A DNA stretch of 64,000 nt from the NCBI GenBank assembly GCA_017983755.1, contig JAGOAU010000008.1, positions 19,772 through 83,771 on the forward strand, given 5' to 3'. Positions 30,012-38,836 of this stretch are shown here, one piece after another; position 1 is the stretch's first letter, and the number at the start of each line of letters is the position of its first letter. Both the position numbers and the translations under genes were made by a program. The stretch comes from Azonexus sp. (GTDB lineage: Bacteria > Pseudomonadota > Gammaproteobacteria > Burkholderiales > Rhodocyclaceae). The notes beneath the pieces are model-generated. The model saw nothing but the letters and a program-made list of their open reading frames with translations, searched no databases and was not told the DNA's origin.

Positions 30012-30037
30012 AAAAACCCGCCGTTCGGCGGGTTTTT
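30012..30037. terminator. Bidirectional intrinsic terminator
   Basis: AAAAACCCGCC-GTTC-GGCGGGTTTTT between convergent genes. Confidence 0.88.
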
Positions 30038-30053
30038 GCATTACAGCGCCGAG

Positions 30054-30404
30054 TTAGTTCGGCGCCGTGAATTCGTCATAGGCGCGCACGGCCTCGGCGG
30101 CGTACATCAGGGCCGGGCCGCCGCCCATATAGACACAGACGCCCAGCGTTTCCATCAGCTGTTCGCGGGTCACACCAAGGCGGATCAGCGCCTTGACATG
30201 AAAGCCGATGCAGCCGTCGCAGTGCTGCGTGACGCCGATAGCCAGCGCCAGCAGCTCCTTGTCGAGTTCACTGAGAACGCCCGCCTGCATCGCGCCTTTG
30301 TGCATGGCGCTGAAGCCCTGCATGGTGTCGGGAATTTCCTTGCGCAAGGCGCTCATGGCCTTGGAAAGATCGCTGGTGATGGTGGCGAAGGATTTGCTGT
30401 TCAT
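30054..30404 (-). CDS. Carboxymuconolactone decarboxylase/AhpD-family protein
   Basis: KELLALAIGV..HCDGCIGFH, MGGGP; AAAGGAG RBS before MNSKSF. Confidence 0.9.
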   Translation of the reverse strand: MNSKSFATITSDLSKAMSALRKEIPDTMQGFSAMHKGAMQAGVLSELDKELLALAIGVTQHCDGCIGFHVKALIRLGVTREQLMETLGVCVYMGGGPALMYAAEAVRAYDEFTAPN

Positions 30405-30432
30405 GAACACTCCTTTATATAAGATTTTGCTT

Positions 30433-30475
30433 ATTCTATTGTGCCTGCGTCTGCGGTGCAAATGACATAAATCAA
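30433..30475 (-). promoter_or_regulatory. FNR/DNR-type class II promoter of the AhpD-like gene
   Basis: Minus strand TTGAT-TTAT-GTCAT (30462-30475) and -10 TAGAAT (30433-30438); box centred near -42. Confidence 0.6.
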
Positions 30476-30656
30476 TACCCAGCGGCAACGGCCCGCATCG
30501 GGCAGCTGAGCCCCGCTCCGGCGCCGCTAGCGGTGCGCCGCAAAAGGCGGCCCGGACGCTGGATTACTCGTCACACTTGAACGATAATCTGTCACCATCT
30601 GTTACAAGAACCGGCAATCCACCGCCAAACACTCATTCAGACTGGCAGGATCCCTC

Positions 30657-31853
30657 ATGACCCCCATGCTCAAAAACATCACTGTCGGCAAGCGCAGTCG
30701 GCGCTACGCCCTCGGACTCGCCAGCCTCGCCCTTCTGCTTACCGCTGCCTGCGAAAAACACCAGGCACCGCCGCCCGCCACCCCGGTCGTCCAGGTCGTC
30801 CAGGTCGCCCAGCGCGACGTGCCGATCTACTTGGAGTGGGTTGGCGCGATGGACGGCAACGTCAACGCCGTCATTCGTCCGCAGGTGACCGGCTATCTGA
30901 TCAAGCAGAACTACCGCGAAGGCGATCTGGTCAAGAAGGGGCAACTGCTGTTCGAGATCGATCCGCGCACTTTCGAGGCGGCGTTCGACGAGGCCAAGGG
31001 CGTGCGCGCCCAGAAGCTGGCGCGTTACGAAACCACCGCTGCCAACCTGGCCCGCATCAAGCCGCTGGCGGCGAAGAACGCCGTCAGCCAGAAGGATCTC
31101 GACGACGCCACCGGCGCCAACCAGTCGGCCAAGGCCGAGCTCGAAGCCGCCGACGCCAACCTCAAGACGGCGAAGCTCAATCTCGGCTTCACCAAGATCA
31201 CCTCGCCGGTCACCGGCATCGCCGGCATCGCCAAGGCGCAGCTCGGCGACCTGCTCAGCCCGAGCATGCCGACCGAGCTGACCACCGTTTCGGTGGTCGA
31301 CCCGATCAAGGTCTATTTCAACATCAGCGAGCGCGAATACCTGAAAATCGCCAACGCCGCGCAGGCTTCCGGCAGCAGAACGGAGAACGTCCCGCTCGAG
31401 CTGATCCTGGTCGACGGTTCGGTCTACCCGCAGCAGGGCAAGGTGGCCGTCTTCAACCGCCAGGCCGATGCCACCACCGGCACCTTCAAGGTCGCCGCCC
31501 TCTTCCCCAACCCGAACAACCTGTTGCGCCCCGGCCAGTACGGCAAGGTGCGGGCGACCATGTCGACGATCAAGGGCGCGCTGCTCGTGCCGCAGCGGGC
31601 GGTCACCGAAATGCAGGGCAAGTACTTGGTCGCCGTCGTCGGCGCCGACAACAAGGTCGACATCCGGCCGGTGCGCGTCGGCGAGCGCATCGGCGCCGAA
31701 TGGGTGGTCAGCGAAGGGCTCAAGCCGGACGAGAAGGTAATCGCCGAGGGCACGCAAAAGGTCCGGCCGGGCATGACCGTGGAAACGAAGCCCTTCGTCC
31801 CGGCCGCGGCGCCTGCCGCCGGCGGAGAAGCCAAGCCGGCGGCCAAGGGGTAA
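30657..31853 (+). CDS. RND efflux periplasmic adaptor (MFP)
   Basis: Lipobox LTAAC, IRPQVTGYL, EGDLVKKGQLLFEID, ITSPVTG, LLRPGQY. Confidence 0.93.
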   Translation: MTPMLKNITVGKRSRRYALGLASLALLLTAACEKHQAPPPATPVVQVVQVAQRDVPIYLEWVGAMDGNVNAVIRPQVTGYLIKQNYREGDLVKKGQLLFEIDPRTFEAAFDEAKGVRAQKLARYETTAANLARIKPLAAKNAVSQKDLDDATGANQSAKAELEAADANLKTAKLNLGFTKITSPVTGIAGIAKAQLGDLLSPSMPTELTTVSVVDPIKVYFNISEREYLKIANAAQASGSRTENVPLELILVDGSVYPQQGKVAVFNRQADATTGTFKVAALFPNPNNLLRPGQYGKVRATMSTIKGALLVPQRAVTEMQGKYLVAVVGADNKVDIRPVRVGERIGAEWVVSEGLKPDEKVIAEGTQKVRPGMTVETKPFVPAAAPAAGGEAKPAAKG

Positions 31854-31859
31854 GGGGTC

Positions 31860-34800
31860 ATGTCCAAATTCTTCATCAATCGCCCGATCGTGGCGATGGT
31901 CATCTCGATCCTGATGACCATCATCGGTCTGGTCGCCATGTCGGGGCTGCCGATCGCCCAGTTCCCTAACATCGTGCCGCCGCAGATCCAGGTCAACGCC
32001 ACCTACACCGGCGCCGATGCCCTGACCGTCGAGCAGGCCGTGGCCACCCCGATCGAGCAGCAGATGTCCGGCGTCGACAACATGGACTACATGTATTCGA
32101 TCAACGCCAACAACGGCCAAACGACGCTGTACGTCAATTTCGCGCTGGGCACCGATGCCAACACCGACCAGCTGCTCGCCCAGATGCGCCAGGGACAGGC
32201 CGAGTCGCAACTGCCCTCGGACGTGCGCAACTATGGCGTGACGGTGCAGAAATCGACGTCGTCGCCGCTGGTCATGTTCGCGCTGTACTCGCCGAACGGT
32301 ACCTACGACAACATCTTTCTGGCCAACTACTCGTACATCAACATCAACGACCAGATGACGCGGGTCAAGGGGATCGCCAGCGTCACCGTCTTCGGCGCCG
32401 GCCAGTACGCGATGCGCCTGTGGGTGCGTCCTGACGTGCTGGCCAAGCTGAACATCACGATTCCCGAGATCATCAACGCAGTCCAGACCCAGAACACCGT
32501 CAACCCGGCCGGCCAGGTTGGCGCCCAGCCGGTGCCGGCCGGCCAGGAATTCACCTACGCCGTCCGCGCCCAGGGCCGGCTGGTAACCGAGGAGGACTTC
32601 GGCAAGGTCGTGCTGCGTGCCAACCCGGACGGCTCGATCGTCCGCGTCTCCGATGTCGCCCGGATCGAACTCGGCGCCCAGACCTACAACATGGAAGGCC
32701 GCCTGAACGGCAAGCCGGCAGCACTGATCGCCCTCTACCAGATTCCCGGTGCCAACGCGCTCGATGCCGCGAACGGCGCCAAAGCGTTGATGGAGAAACT
32801 CAAGCAGAGCTTCCCGCCCGACCTCGACTATGTCATCGCGCTCGACACCACGCTATCGGTTACCGAAGGCATCAAGGAAATCCAGCACACGCTGTTCGAA
32901 GCACTGGTGCTGGTCATCATCGTCGTCTTTGTCTTCCTGCAGGGCTGGCGCGCGACGCTGATCCCGCTGCTGGCGGTGCCGGTATCGCTGGTCGGCACCT
33001 TCATGCTGTTTCCGCTGTTCGGCTTCTCGATCAACACGCTGTCGCTGTTCGGCCTGGTGCTGGCGATCGGTCTCGTCGTAGACGACGCCATCGTTGTCGT
33101 CGAAGCAGTCGAGCACCACATCGAGAAGGGCCTGTCGCCGAAGGAGGCAACGCTCAAAGCGATGAGCGAGGTGACCGGACCGGTCATCGCCATCGCCGTC
33201 ATCCTCGCCGCGGTCTTCGTGCCGACCGCCTTCATCCCCGGCATCACCGGCCAGCTCTACCAGCAGTTCGCGGTGACCATCGCGATCTCGGTCGTCATCT
33301 CGGCCTTCAACGCGCTGACCCTGAGCCCGGCCCTGTGCGCCCTGCTGCTTCGCCCCAAGGTCAAGGGAACCGGGCCGCTGCAGAAGTTTTACGACCGCTT
33401 CAACGAGATCTTCGGCCGGATCACCGGCGGCTATGTCGGCGTCTGCCGCCTGGCAATTCGCAAGAGCATGGTCAGCCTCTTGTTCATTTTCGGCCTCGCC
33501 GCCCTGGCCGGGCTGTTCGGCAAGACGCTGCCAACCGGCTTCCTGCCCGACGAGGACCAGGGCTACGTCTTCGCCGGCGTGCAGCTTCCGGATGCCGGGT
33601 CGCTGCAGCGTACCTCGGAGATTGCCCGCCAGGCCGAAGACCTGATCAAGGATGTCCCCGGCGTCAAGTACGTCACCACCGTGGTCGGCTACAGCATGCT
33701 GAGCCAAGTGCAGAACACGTACAGCGCGTTCTTCTTCATCACCTTCGACGAATGGTCCAAGCGCAAGAAGCCAGAGGAACAATACGGCGCAATCAAGGCC
33801 GAACTCTCGAAGCGGCTAGCCGGAATCAGCGGGGCAATCGGCTTCGCCTTCCCGCCGCCGGCCATCCAGGGGGTCGGTGTTTCGGGTGGCGCCACCTTCA
33901 TCCTGCAGGACCGCGCCGGCAAGGATGTCGACTACCTCGCCGAGCAGACAAACCGATTCCTCGAAGCGGCGCGCAAGCGGCCGGAACTGGCCAGCGTGAC
34001 CTCGACCTTCCGCCCGGTGGTACCGCAACTGTTCGTCGACGTCGACCGCGACAAGGTGCTCAAGCAGGGAGTCAATATCAAGGAGGTCTACCAGACGCTG
34101 CAATCCTTCCTCGGCAGCGGCTTCATCAATTACTTCAACCGCTTCGGCCGCCAGTGGCAGGTTTACATCCAGTCCGAGGGCGAATTCCGCACCGACATCG
34201 AGAATGTCGGCCAGTTCTACGTGCGCAACAAGGACGGTCAGCCGGTTCCGCTGTCCGCGCTGACGTCGATCCGCAACATCGCCGGCCCCGAGTTCACGAT
34301 GCGCTTCAACCTGTATCGCAGCGCTCAGATCAACGCCTCGGCGGCGCCCGGTTTCAGCTCGACGCAGGTCATGCGCGCGCTGGAAGAGGTCTTCCACGAG
34401 ACCATGCCCAGTGAAATGGGCTACGACTACTCGGGCATGTCATTCCAGGAACAGAAAGCCGCCCAGGGCGTCTCGCCGGTCGCCATCTTCGCCTTCTCGC
34501 TGCTCTGCGTGTTCCTGATCCTGGCCGCCCAGTACGAGAGCTGGTCGCTGCCGTTCTCGGTGCTGCTCGGCACGCCGATCGCCGTCGCCGGCGCCTTCGC
34601 GGCGCTGCTGCTTCGCGGGCAGGAACTCAACGTCTACGCGCAGATCGGCCTCGTCATGCTGATCGGCCTGGCGGCCAAGAACGCGATCCTGATCGTCGAG
34701 TTCGCCAAGATGGAGTACGAAAAAGGCGAGCTGTCGCTGGCGGAAGCGACACTGAAGGGCGCGCAACTGCGCTTGCGGCCGATCCTGATGACCTCGTTCG

Positions 34801-35048
34801 CCTTCATCCTCGGTTGCGTGCCGCTCGCGCTGGCCAGCGGCGCCGGCGCCATCTCGCGGCAGGTGATGGGCGGCGCCGTCATCGGCGGCATGCTGGCGGC
34901 TACGGGCATCGCAATCTTCATGATCCCGGTGAGCTTCTACGTCATCGAGCGGCTCAGCCACCGCGGCAAGACCGATCCGTTGCCGGCCGAAGGTGCCGGC
35001 ACGGGCGATAAACCGGCAGCCGGCAAGGAAGGAGACGGCCATGCGTAA
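31860..35048 (+). CDS. RND efflux permease (HAE1/AcrB family)
   Basis: FFINRPI, AIGLVVDDAIVVVE, GLAAKNAILIVEFA, RLRPILMTS. Confidence 0.96.
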   Translation: MSKFFINRPIVAMVISILMTIIGLVAMSGLPIAQFPNIVPPQIQVNATYTGADALTVEQAVATPIEQQMSGVDNMDYMYSINANNGQTTLYVNFALGTDANTDQLLAQMRQGQAESQLPSDVRNYGVTVQKSTSSPLVMFALYSPNGTYDNIFLANYSYININDQMTRVKGIASVTVFGAGQYAMRLWVRPDVLAKLNITIPEIINAVQTQNTVNPAGQVGAQPVPAGQEFTYAVRAQGRLVTEEDFGKVVLRANPDGSIVRVSDVARIELGAQTYNMEGRLNGKPAALIALYQIPGANALDAANGAKALMEKLKQSFPPDLDYVIALDTTLSVTEGIKEIQHTLFEALVLVIIVVFVFLQGWRATLIPLLAVPVSLVGTFMLFPLFGFSINTLSLFGLVLAIGLVVDDAIVVVEAVEHHIEKGLSPKEATLKAMSEVTGPVIAIAVILAAVFVPTAFIPGITGQLYQQFAVTIAISVVISAFNALTLSPALCALLLRPKVKGTGPLQKFYDRFNEIFGRITGGYVGVCRLAIRKSMVSLLFIFGLAALAGLFGKTLPTGFLPDEDQGYVFAGVQLPDAGSLQRTSEIARQAEDLIKDVPGVKYVTTVVGYSMLSQVQNTYSAFFFITFDEWSKRKKPEEQYGAIKAELSKRLAGISGAIGFAFPPPAIQGVGVSGGATFILQDRAGKDVDYLAEQTNRFLEAARKRPELASVTSTFRPVVPQLFVDVDRDKVLKQGVNIKEVYQTLQSFLGSGFINYFNRFGRQWQVYIQSEGEFRTDIENVGQFYVRNKDGQPVPLSALTSIRNIAGPEFTMRFNLYRSAQINASAAPGFSSTQVMRALEEVFHETMPSEMGYDYSGMSFQEQKAAQGVSPVAIFAFSLLCVFLILAAQYESWSLPFSVLLGTPIAVAGAFAALLLRGQELNVYAQIGLVMLIGLAAKNAILIVEFAKMEYEKGELSLAEATLKGAQLRLRPILMTSFAFILGCVPLALASGAGAISRQVMGGAVIGGMLAATGIAIFMIPVSFYVIERLSHRGKTDPLPAEGAGTGDKPAAGKEGDGHA

Positions 35049-36459
35049 ACCAATCGCCGCAGCATTGTTCGCCCTGCTCGCCGGCGGCTGCATGGTCGGC
35101 CCCGACTACGTCCGCCCGCCGGTGGACGCGCCGGCGGCCTGGCGCCTCGATGAGAAATATGTCCGCGACCTCGCCAACACCGCCTGGTGGGAACAGCTCG
35201 GCGACCCGGTGCTCAACGACCTGGTCGTCGTCGCGCTGCGCGAGAACAAGGACCTGATGATCGCCAGCGCGCGCGTCGACGAATTCGCGGGGCGCTACGG
35301 CTTCGTCCGCGCCGAACTGTTCCCGCAGGTCGGCGCCGGCTACGATGCCGCCCGCCAGCGCGTCAATTCGTCAGTCATTTCCGGCAGCGGCGGCGAATCC
35401 ACCTTCAACACCTACGGGGCGGCGCTCAACGCGGCCTGGGAAATCGACCTCTGGGGCCGCATCCGCCGCCAGACCGAGGCTGCCCGCGCCCAGTTGCTGG
35501 CCAGCGAGGAAGCGCGGCGCGGCGTCGTCATGACGCTGGTGGCCAGCACCGCCGGCGGCTACATCAACCTGCGCGACCTCGACCGTCAGCTCGAAATCGC
35601 CCAGGCGACAGCCAAGGCGCGCGGCGAATCCTACGACATCTTCAAGCTGCGCTTCGAGGGCGGCATCATCTCGCTGCTAGAGCTGAGCCAGAACCGTTCG
35701 CAGTACGAGGAAGCGCTGGCAACGATTCCCGTCATCGAGAAGGCCATCGCCCAGCAGGAAAATGGGCTGAGCGTACTGCTCGGGCGCAACCCCGGACCGA
35801 TCGCGCGCGGCAAGACCATCGACGAACTGGCCCTGCCGGCGATTCCGGCCGGCCTGCCGTCGGAACTCCTCGAACGCCGCCCCGACCTCCGCGCAGCCGA
35901 ACAGCAGCTGGTCGCCGCCAATGCGCTGATCGGCGCCGCCAAGGCACAGTACTTTCCGACCATCTCGCTGACCGGTCTGCTGGGTTACAGCAGCACCAGC
36001 CTGAGCAACCTGTTCGACAGCCAGTCGCGCGCCTGGCAGTACGGCGGCGCGATCACCATGCCGATCTTCACCGCCGGCGCCATCGCCGGGCAGGTCCAGG
36101 CGGCCGAAGCCGGCCAGCAACAGGCGCTGTTTTCGTATCAGAAGGCGATCCAGCAGAGTTTCCGCGAGGTCAACGACGCGCTCGTCGACCAGGACCGGAC
36201 GCGCGTCCAGCTGGAAGCCCAGAAGCGTCAGGTCGATGCGCTCAAGGAGTATGCCGACACGGCGCGCCTGCGCTACGACAATGGCTACACCAGCTTCATC
36301 GAGGTCCTCGATGCCGAGCGCAGCCTGTTCAACGCCCAGCTCCAATTCACCCAGTCGAAGCAGTTCCAGTTCCAGGCAATGATCAACCTGTACAAGGCAG
36401 TGGGTGGTGGCTGGGACGTCGCGGCGGAAAAGACGGCCGCCGCAGGCGGCGTCCGCTGA
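35041..36459 (+). CDS. RND outer membrane factor (NodT/OprM family lipoprotein)
   Basis: CMVGPDY, WEIDLWGR, PSELLERRPD, LYKAVGGGW. Confidence 0.95.
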   Translation: MRKPIAAALFALLAGGCMVGPDYVRPPVDAPAAWRLDEKYVRDLANTAWWEQLGDPVLNDLVVVALRENKDLMIASARVDEFAGRYGFVRAELFPQVGAGYDAARQRVNSSVISGSGGESTFNTYGAALNAAWEIDLWGRIRRQTEAARAQLLASEEARRGVVMTLVASTAGGYINLRDLDRQLEIAQATAKARGESYDIFKLRFEGGIISLLELSQNRSQYEEALATIPVIEKAIAQQENGLSVLLGRNPGPIARGKTIDELALPAIPAGLPSELLERRPDLRAAEQQLVAANALIGAAKAQYFPTISLTGLLGYSSTSLSNLFDSQSRAWQYGGAITMPIFTAGAIAGQVQAAEAGQQQALFSYQKAIQQSFREVNDALVDQDRTRVQLEAQKRQVDALKEYADTARLRYDNGYTSFIEVLDAERSLFNAQLQFTQSKQFQFQAMINLYKAVGGGWDVAAEKTAAAGGVR

Positions 36460-36499
36460 TGCCGTGACCGGCGACCGGGAACTTCGGGCCGGCGCCGGC

Positions 36500-38836
36500 A
36501 TGAGCGGCCGTCTGTCGGCGCTGCGGCGTGGCGCGCTGCGCCTGATCCCGGCTCTGGCCCTGCTACTGCTCGCCGGCCAGTCGCTGGCGCAGCTCCCCTT
36601 CCAAGCGGCCAAACCGGCGGCGAATGCGCCGGCGAAGAGCGCACAGGTTGCCAATGATGCCAACCCGCGCGCCAAGGCCGAACAGCAACTCGCGGAGGCG
36701 CGCCGCCAGCTGGAGGCAAGCGGCCCGGTCGGCAGCGGCGGCGCGCTGACCAGCGAGCGTCAGCGCCTGCTCGAACGCCTCGTCGTTTCCTACGGCGAAC
36801 GCCTCAAGCTGCTCGACGAACTCGACGCCCTGCGCGACGGCCGCACTGACCAGGCCCGCCGGCAGGCCCTGTACGCCGAATTCGCCGGGCCTCCCCCGTA
36901 TTCCGCCCTGCGCGTCGACGCCCTGCGCCAGGAATTCGATGCCGAGCGCGAACGCCTGCAGACATTGGCCTCCGGCGAACGCGCCCTCGATGCCCAGAAG
37001 CGCACGCAGGTCGAGTTGCAGCGGCGCACGCAGGAAGCGGTGCGTCTGGCCGAGGACCGCCTGGCCCGCGCACGCAACGACGCCGAAGCCGAAAAGGAGC
37101 GGCAGGCGGTCGAAGTCGCCACCCTGCGCCGCCAGCTGACCGATGCCGAACTGGCCAACATGCTGACCGGCGACGAGCGGATACAGGCCGAGCGCAAGAT
37201 CCTGCAGGCCGCAGCCAGCGAGCTGCAGGATCTGATCGCCCGCGTTCTGCCGCAGCAGCGCCTGACCAAGGACGAATCCGACCAGCAGCAGGCCCGCCTG
37301 CGCAACATTCTCAACAAGCTGGCGGCGGAAACCGAGCGCCGGCTGGCCGACAATACGCGGCGGGCGGCCGAACGCGAGCGCCTGGCAAAGGATACGGCGG
37401 CAGGCGAACCCTCGCTCGAGGACGTCCGGCGCCTGAAGCTGCTCGACGAAACGCTGGAAACGGATCGCGTCGTGCTGATGACGCTGAACTGGCTGCAAAA
37501 CCTCAACCAGGCATTCAGCGAAGCCTGGGCGCAGCGCTTCGCCGGGCTGTCGACCAGCGATGCCGGGGTCCGCCAGAAGGTCGTGGCGACGCTGAGCAAA
37601 ATCAGGGAGGAACTGCACACCCGCAAGCCGCTGTTCGAGGAACTTGCCGCCGGCGCCGACGTGGCGGTGCGCGACCAGGAACTGCGCATCGACAGCGCCG
37701 CGCTCGATGCGCCGGCCGCCGCCCATGAAGCCGCCGTGCTCGACGTACTGCGCCAGCGCCAGGAGGCCTACCAGCGGCTCATCCTCGCAGCCGAGCGCGC
37801 CGATCGCCAGCTCGAACGCTGGCTCTCCGGCGATTTCGGCTTTTCCGGCGAAGCCGGCGCCAGCTACCTGAAGGTCGGCGCCCTGGAGCTCCTGCAGAAA
37901 CTCAAGCACGTCTGGGATTTCGAGATGTTCGCGGTCGAGGACTCGACCGTCGTCGACGGCAAGACGGTCACCGTGACCTACGGCGTCACCATCGGCAAGA
38001 GCATCGGCGCGCTGCTGCTGTTCATCCTCGGCTACTGGCTGTTCTCGCGCCTGGCGCGCCGCCTGCAGCGCGTCATGGTCGACCGCTTCGGCGTCAACCA
38101 GCAGCTGGCCAGCGTCATCCGCCGCTGGGTCATGATCTCGCTCGGCCTGGTGCTGCTCGTCTTCATCCTCAACCTGGCGCGCATCCCGCTGACCGCCTTC
38201 GCCTTCATGGGCGGCGCGCTGGCCATCGGCGTCGGCTTCGGTACCCAGACCATCATCAAGAACGTCATCAGCGGCATCATCATCCTCTTCGAGCGCAAGA
38301 TCCGCGTCGGCGACATCATCGCCATCGGCGGCACGACCGGCCATGTCACCGCCGTCGACCTGCGCGCCTCGACGGTGCGCAGCTTCGACGGCGTCGAGGC
38401 GCTGGTGCCCAACTCCAGTTTCCTCGAAAACCAGGTGGTCAACTGGACCTATTCCAATTCGCAGATCCGCCGCGAGATCCGCATCGGGATCGCCTACGGT
38501 TCGCCGGTGCATGAGGCGGCCGACATCATCGCCGGCTGCGCCGAGGACCATGGCCAGGTGCTGAAGGACCCGCCGCCCGCCGTCTTCTTCGAGGATTTCG
38601 GCGACAACGCCCTGGTCATGGCGCTTGTGTTCTGGGTCGAACTCAACGCCAGCGTGCCGGGCCGGCGGATCGACAGCGACCTGCGCTTCGCGATCGAGAA
38701 GCGGCTGCGCACGGCCGGCATAGACATCCCCTTCCCGCAGCGCGACATCCGGCTCAGCGTTGGCGATGCGCTGCCGGTGCAGGTCGTGCCCGCCGCCGGT
38801 TCGCCGCCGGACGCGAGCGGTCGCCTACCGGGCTGA
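36500..38836 (+). CDS. MscS-family mechanosensitive channel with long periplasmic coiled coil
   Basis: Signal peptide, helical E/R/Q-rich region, GGALAIGVGFG, ISGIIILFER, VPNS, VVNWT, IPFPQRD. Confidence 0.9.
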   Translation: MSGRLSALRRGALRLIPALALLLLAGQSLAQLPFQAAKPAANAPAKSAQVANDANPRAKAEQQLAEARRQLEASGPVGSGGALTSERQRLLERLVVSYGERLKLLDELDALRDGRTDQARRQALYAEFAGPPPYSALRVDALRQEFDAERERLQTLASGERALDAQKRTQVELQRRTQEAVRLAEDRLARARNDAEAEKERQAVEVATLRRQLTDAELANMLTGDERIQAERKILQAAASELQDLIARVLPQQRLTKDESDQQQARLRNILNKLAAETERRLADNTRRAAERERLAKDTAAGEPSLEDVRRLKLLDETLETDRVVLMTLNWLQNLNQAFSEAWAQRFAGLSTSDAGVRQKVVATLSKIREELHTRKPLFEELAAGADVAVRDQELRIDSAALDAPAAAHEAAVLDVLRQRQEAYQRLILAAERADRQLERWLSGDFGFSGEAGASYLKVGALELLQKLKHVWDFEMFAVEDSTVVDGKTVTVTYGVTIGKSIGALLLFILGYWLFSRLARRLQRVMVDRFGVNQQLASVIRRWVMISLGLVLLVFILNLARIPLTAFAFMGGALAIGVGFGTQTIIKNVISGIIILFERKIRVGDIIAIGGTTGHVTAVDLRASTVRSFDGVEALVPNSSFLENQVVNWTYSNSQIRREIRIGIAYGSPVHEAADIIAGCAEDHGQVLKDPPPAVFFEDFGDNALVMALVFWVELNASVPGRRIDSDLRFAIEKRLRTAGIDIPFPQRDIRLSVGDALPVQVVPAAGSPPDASGRLPG

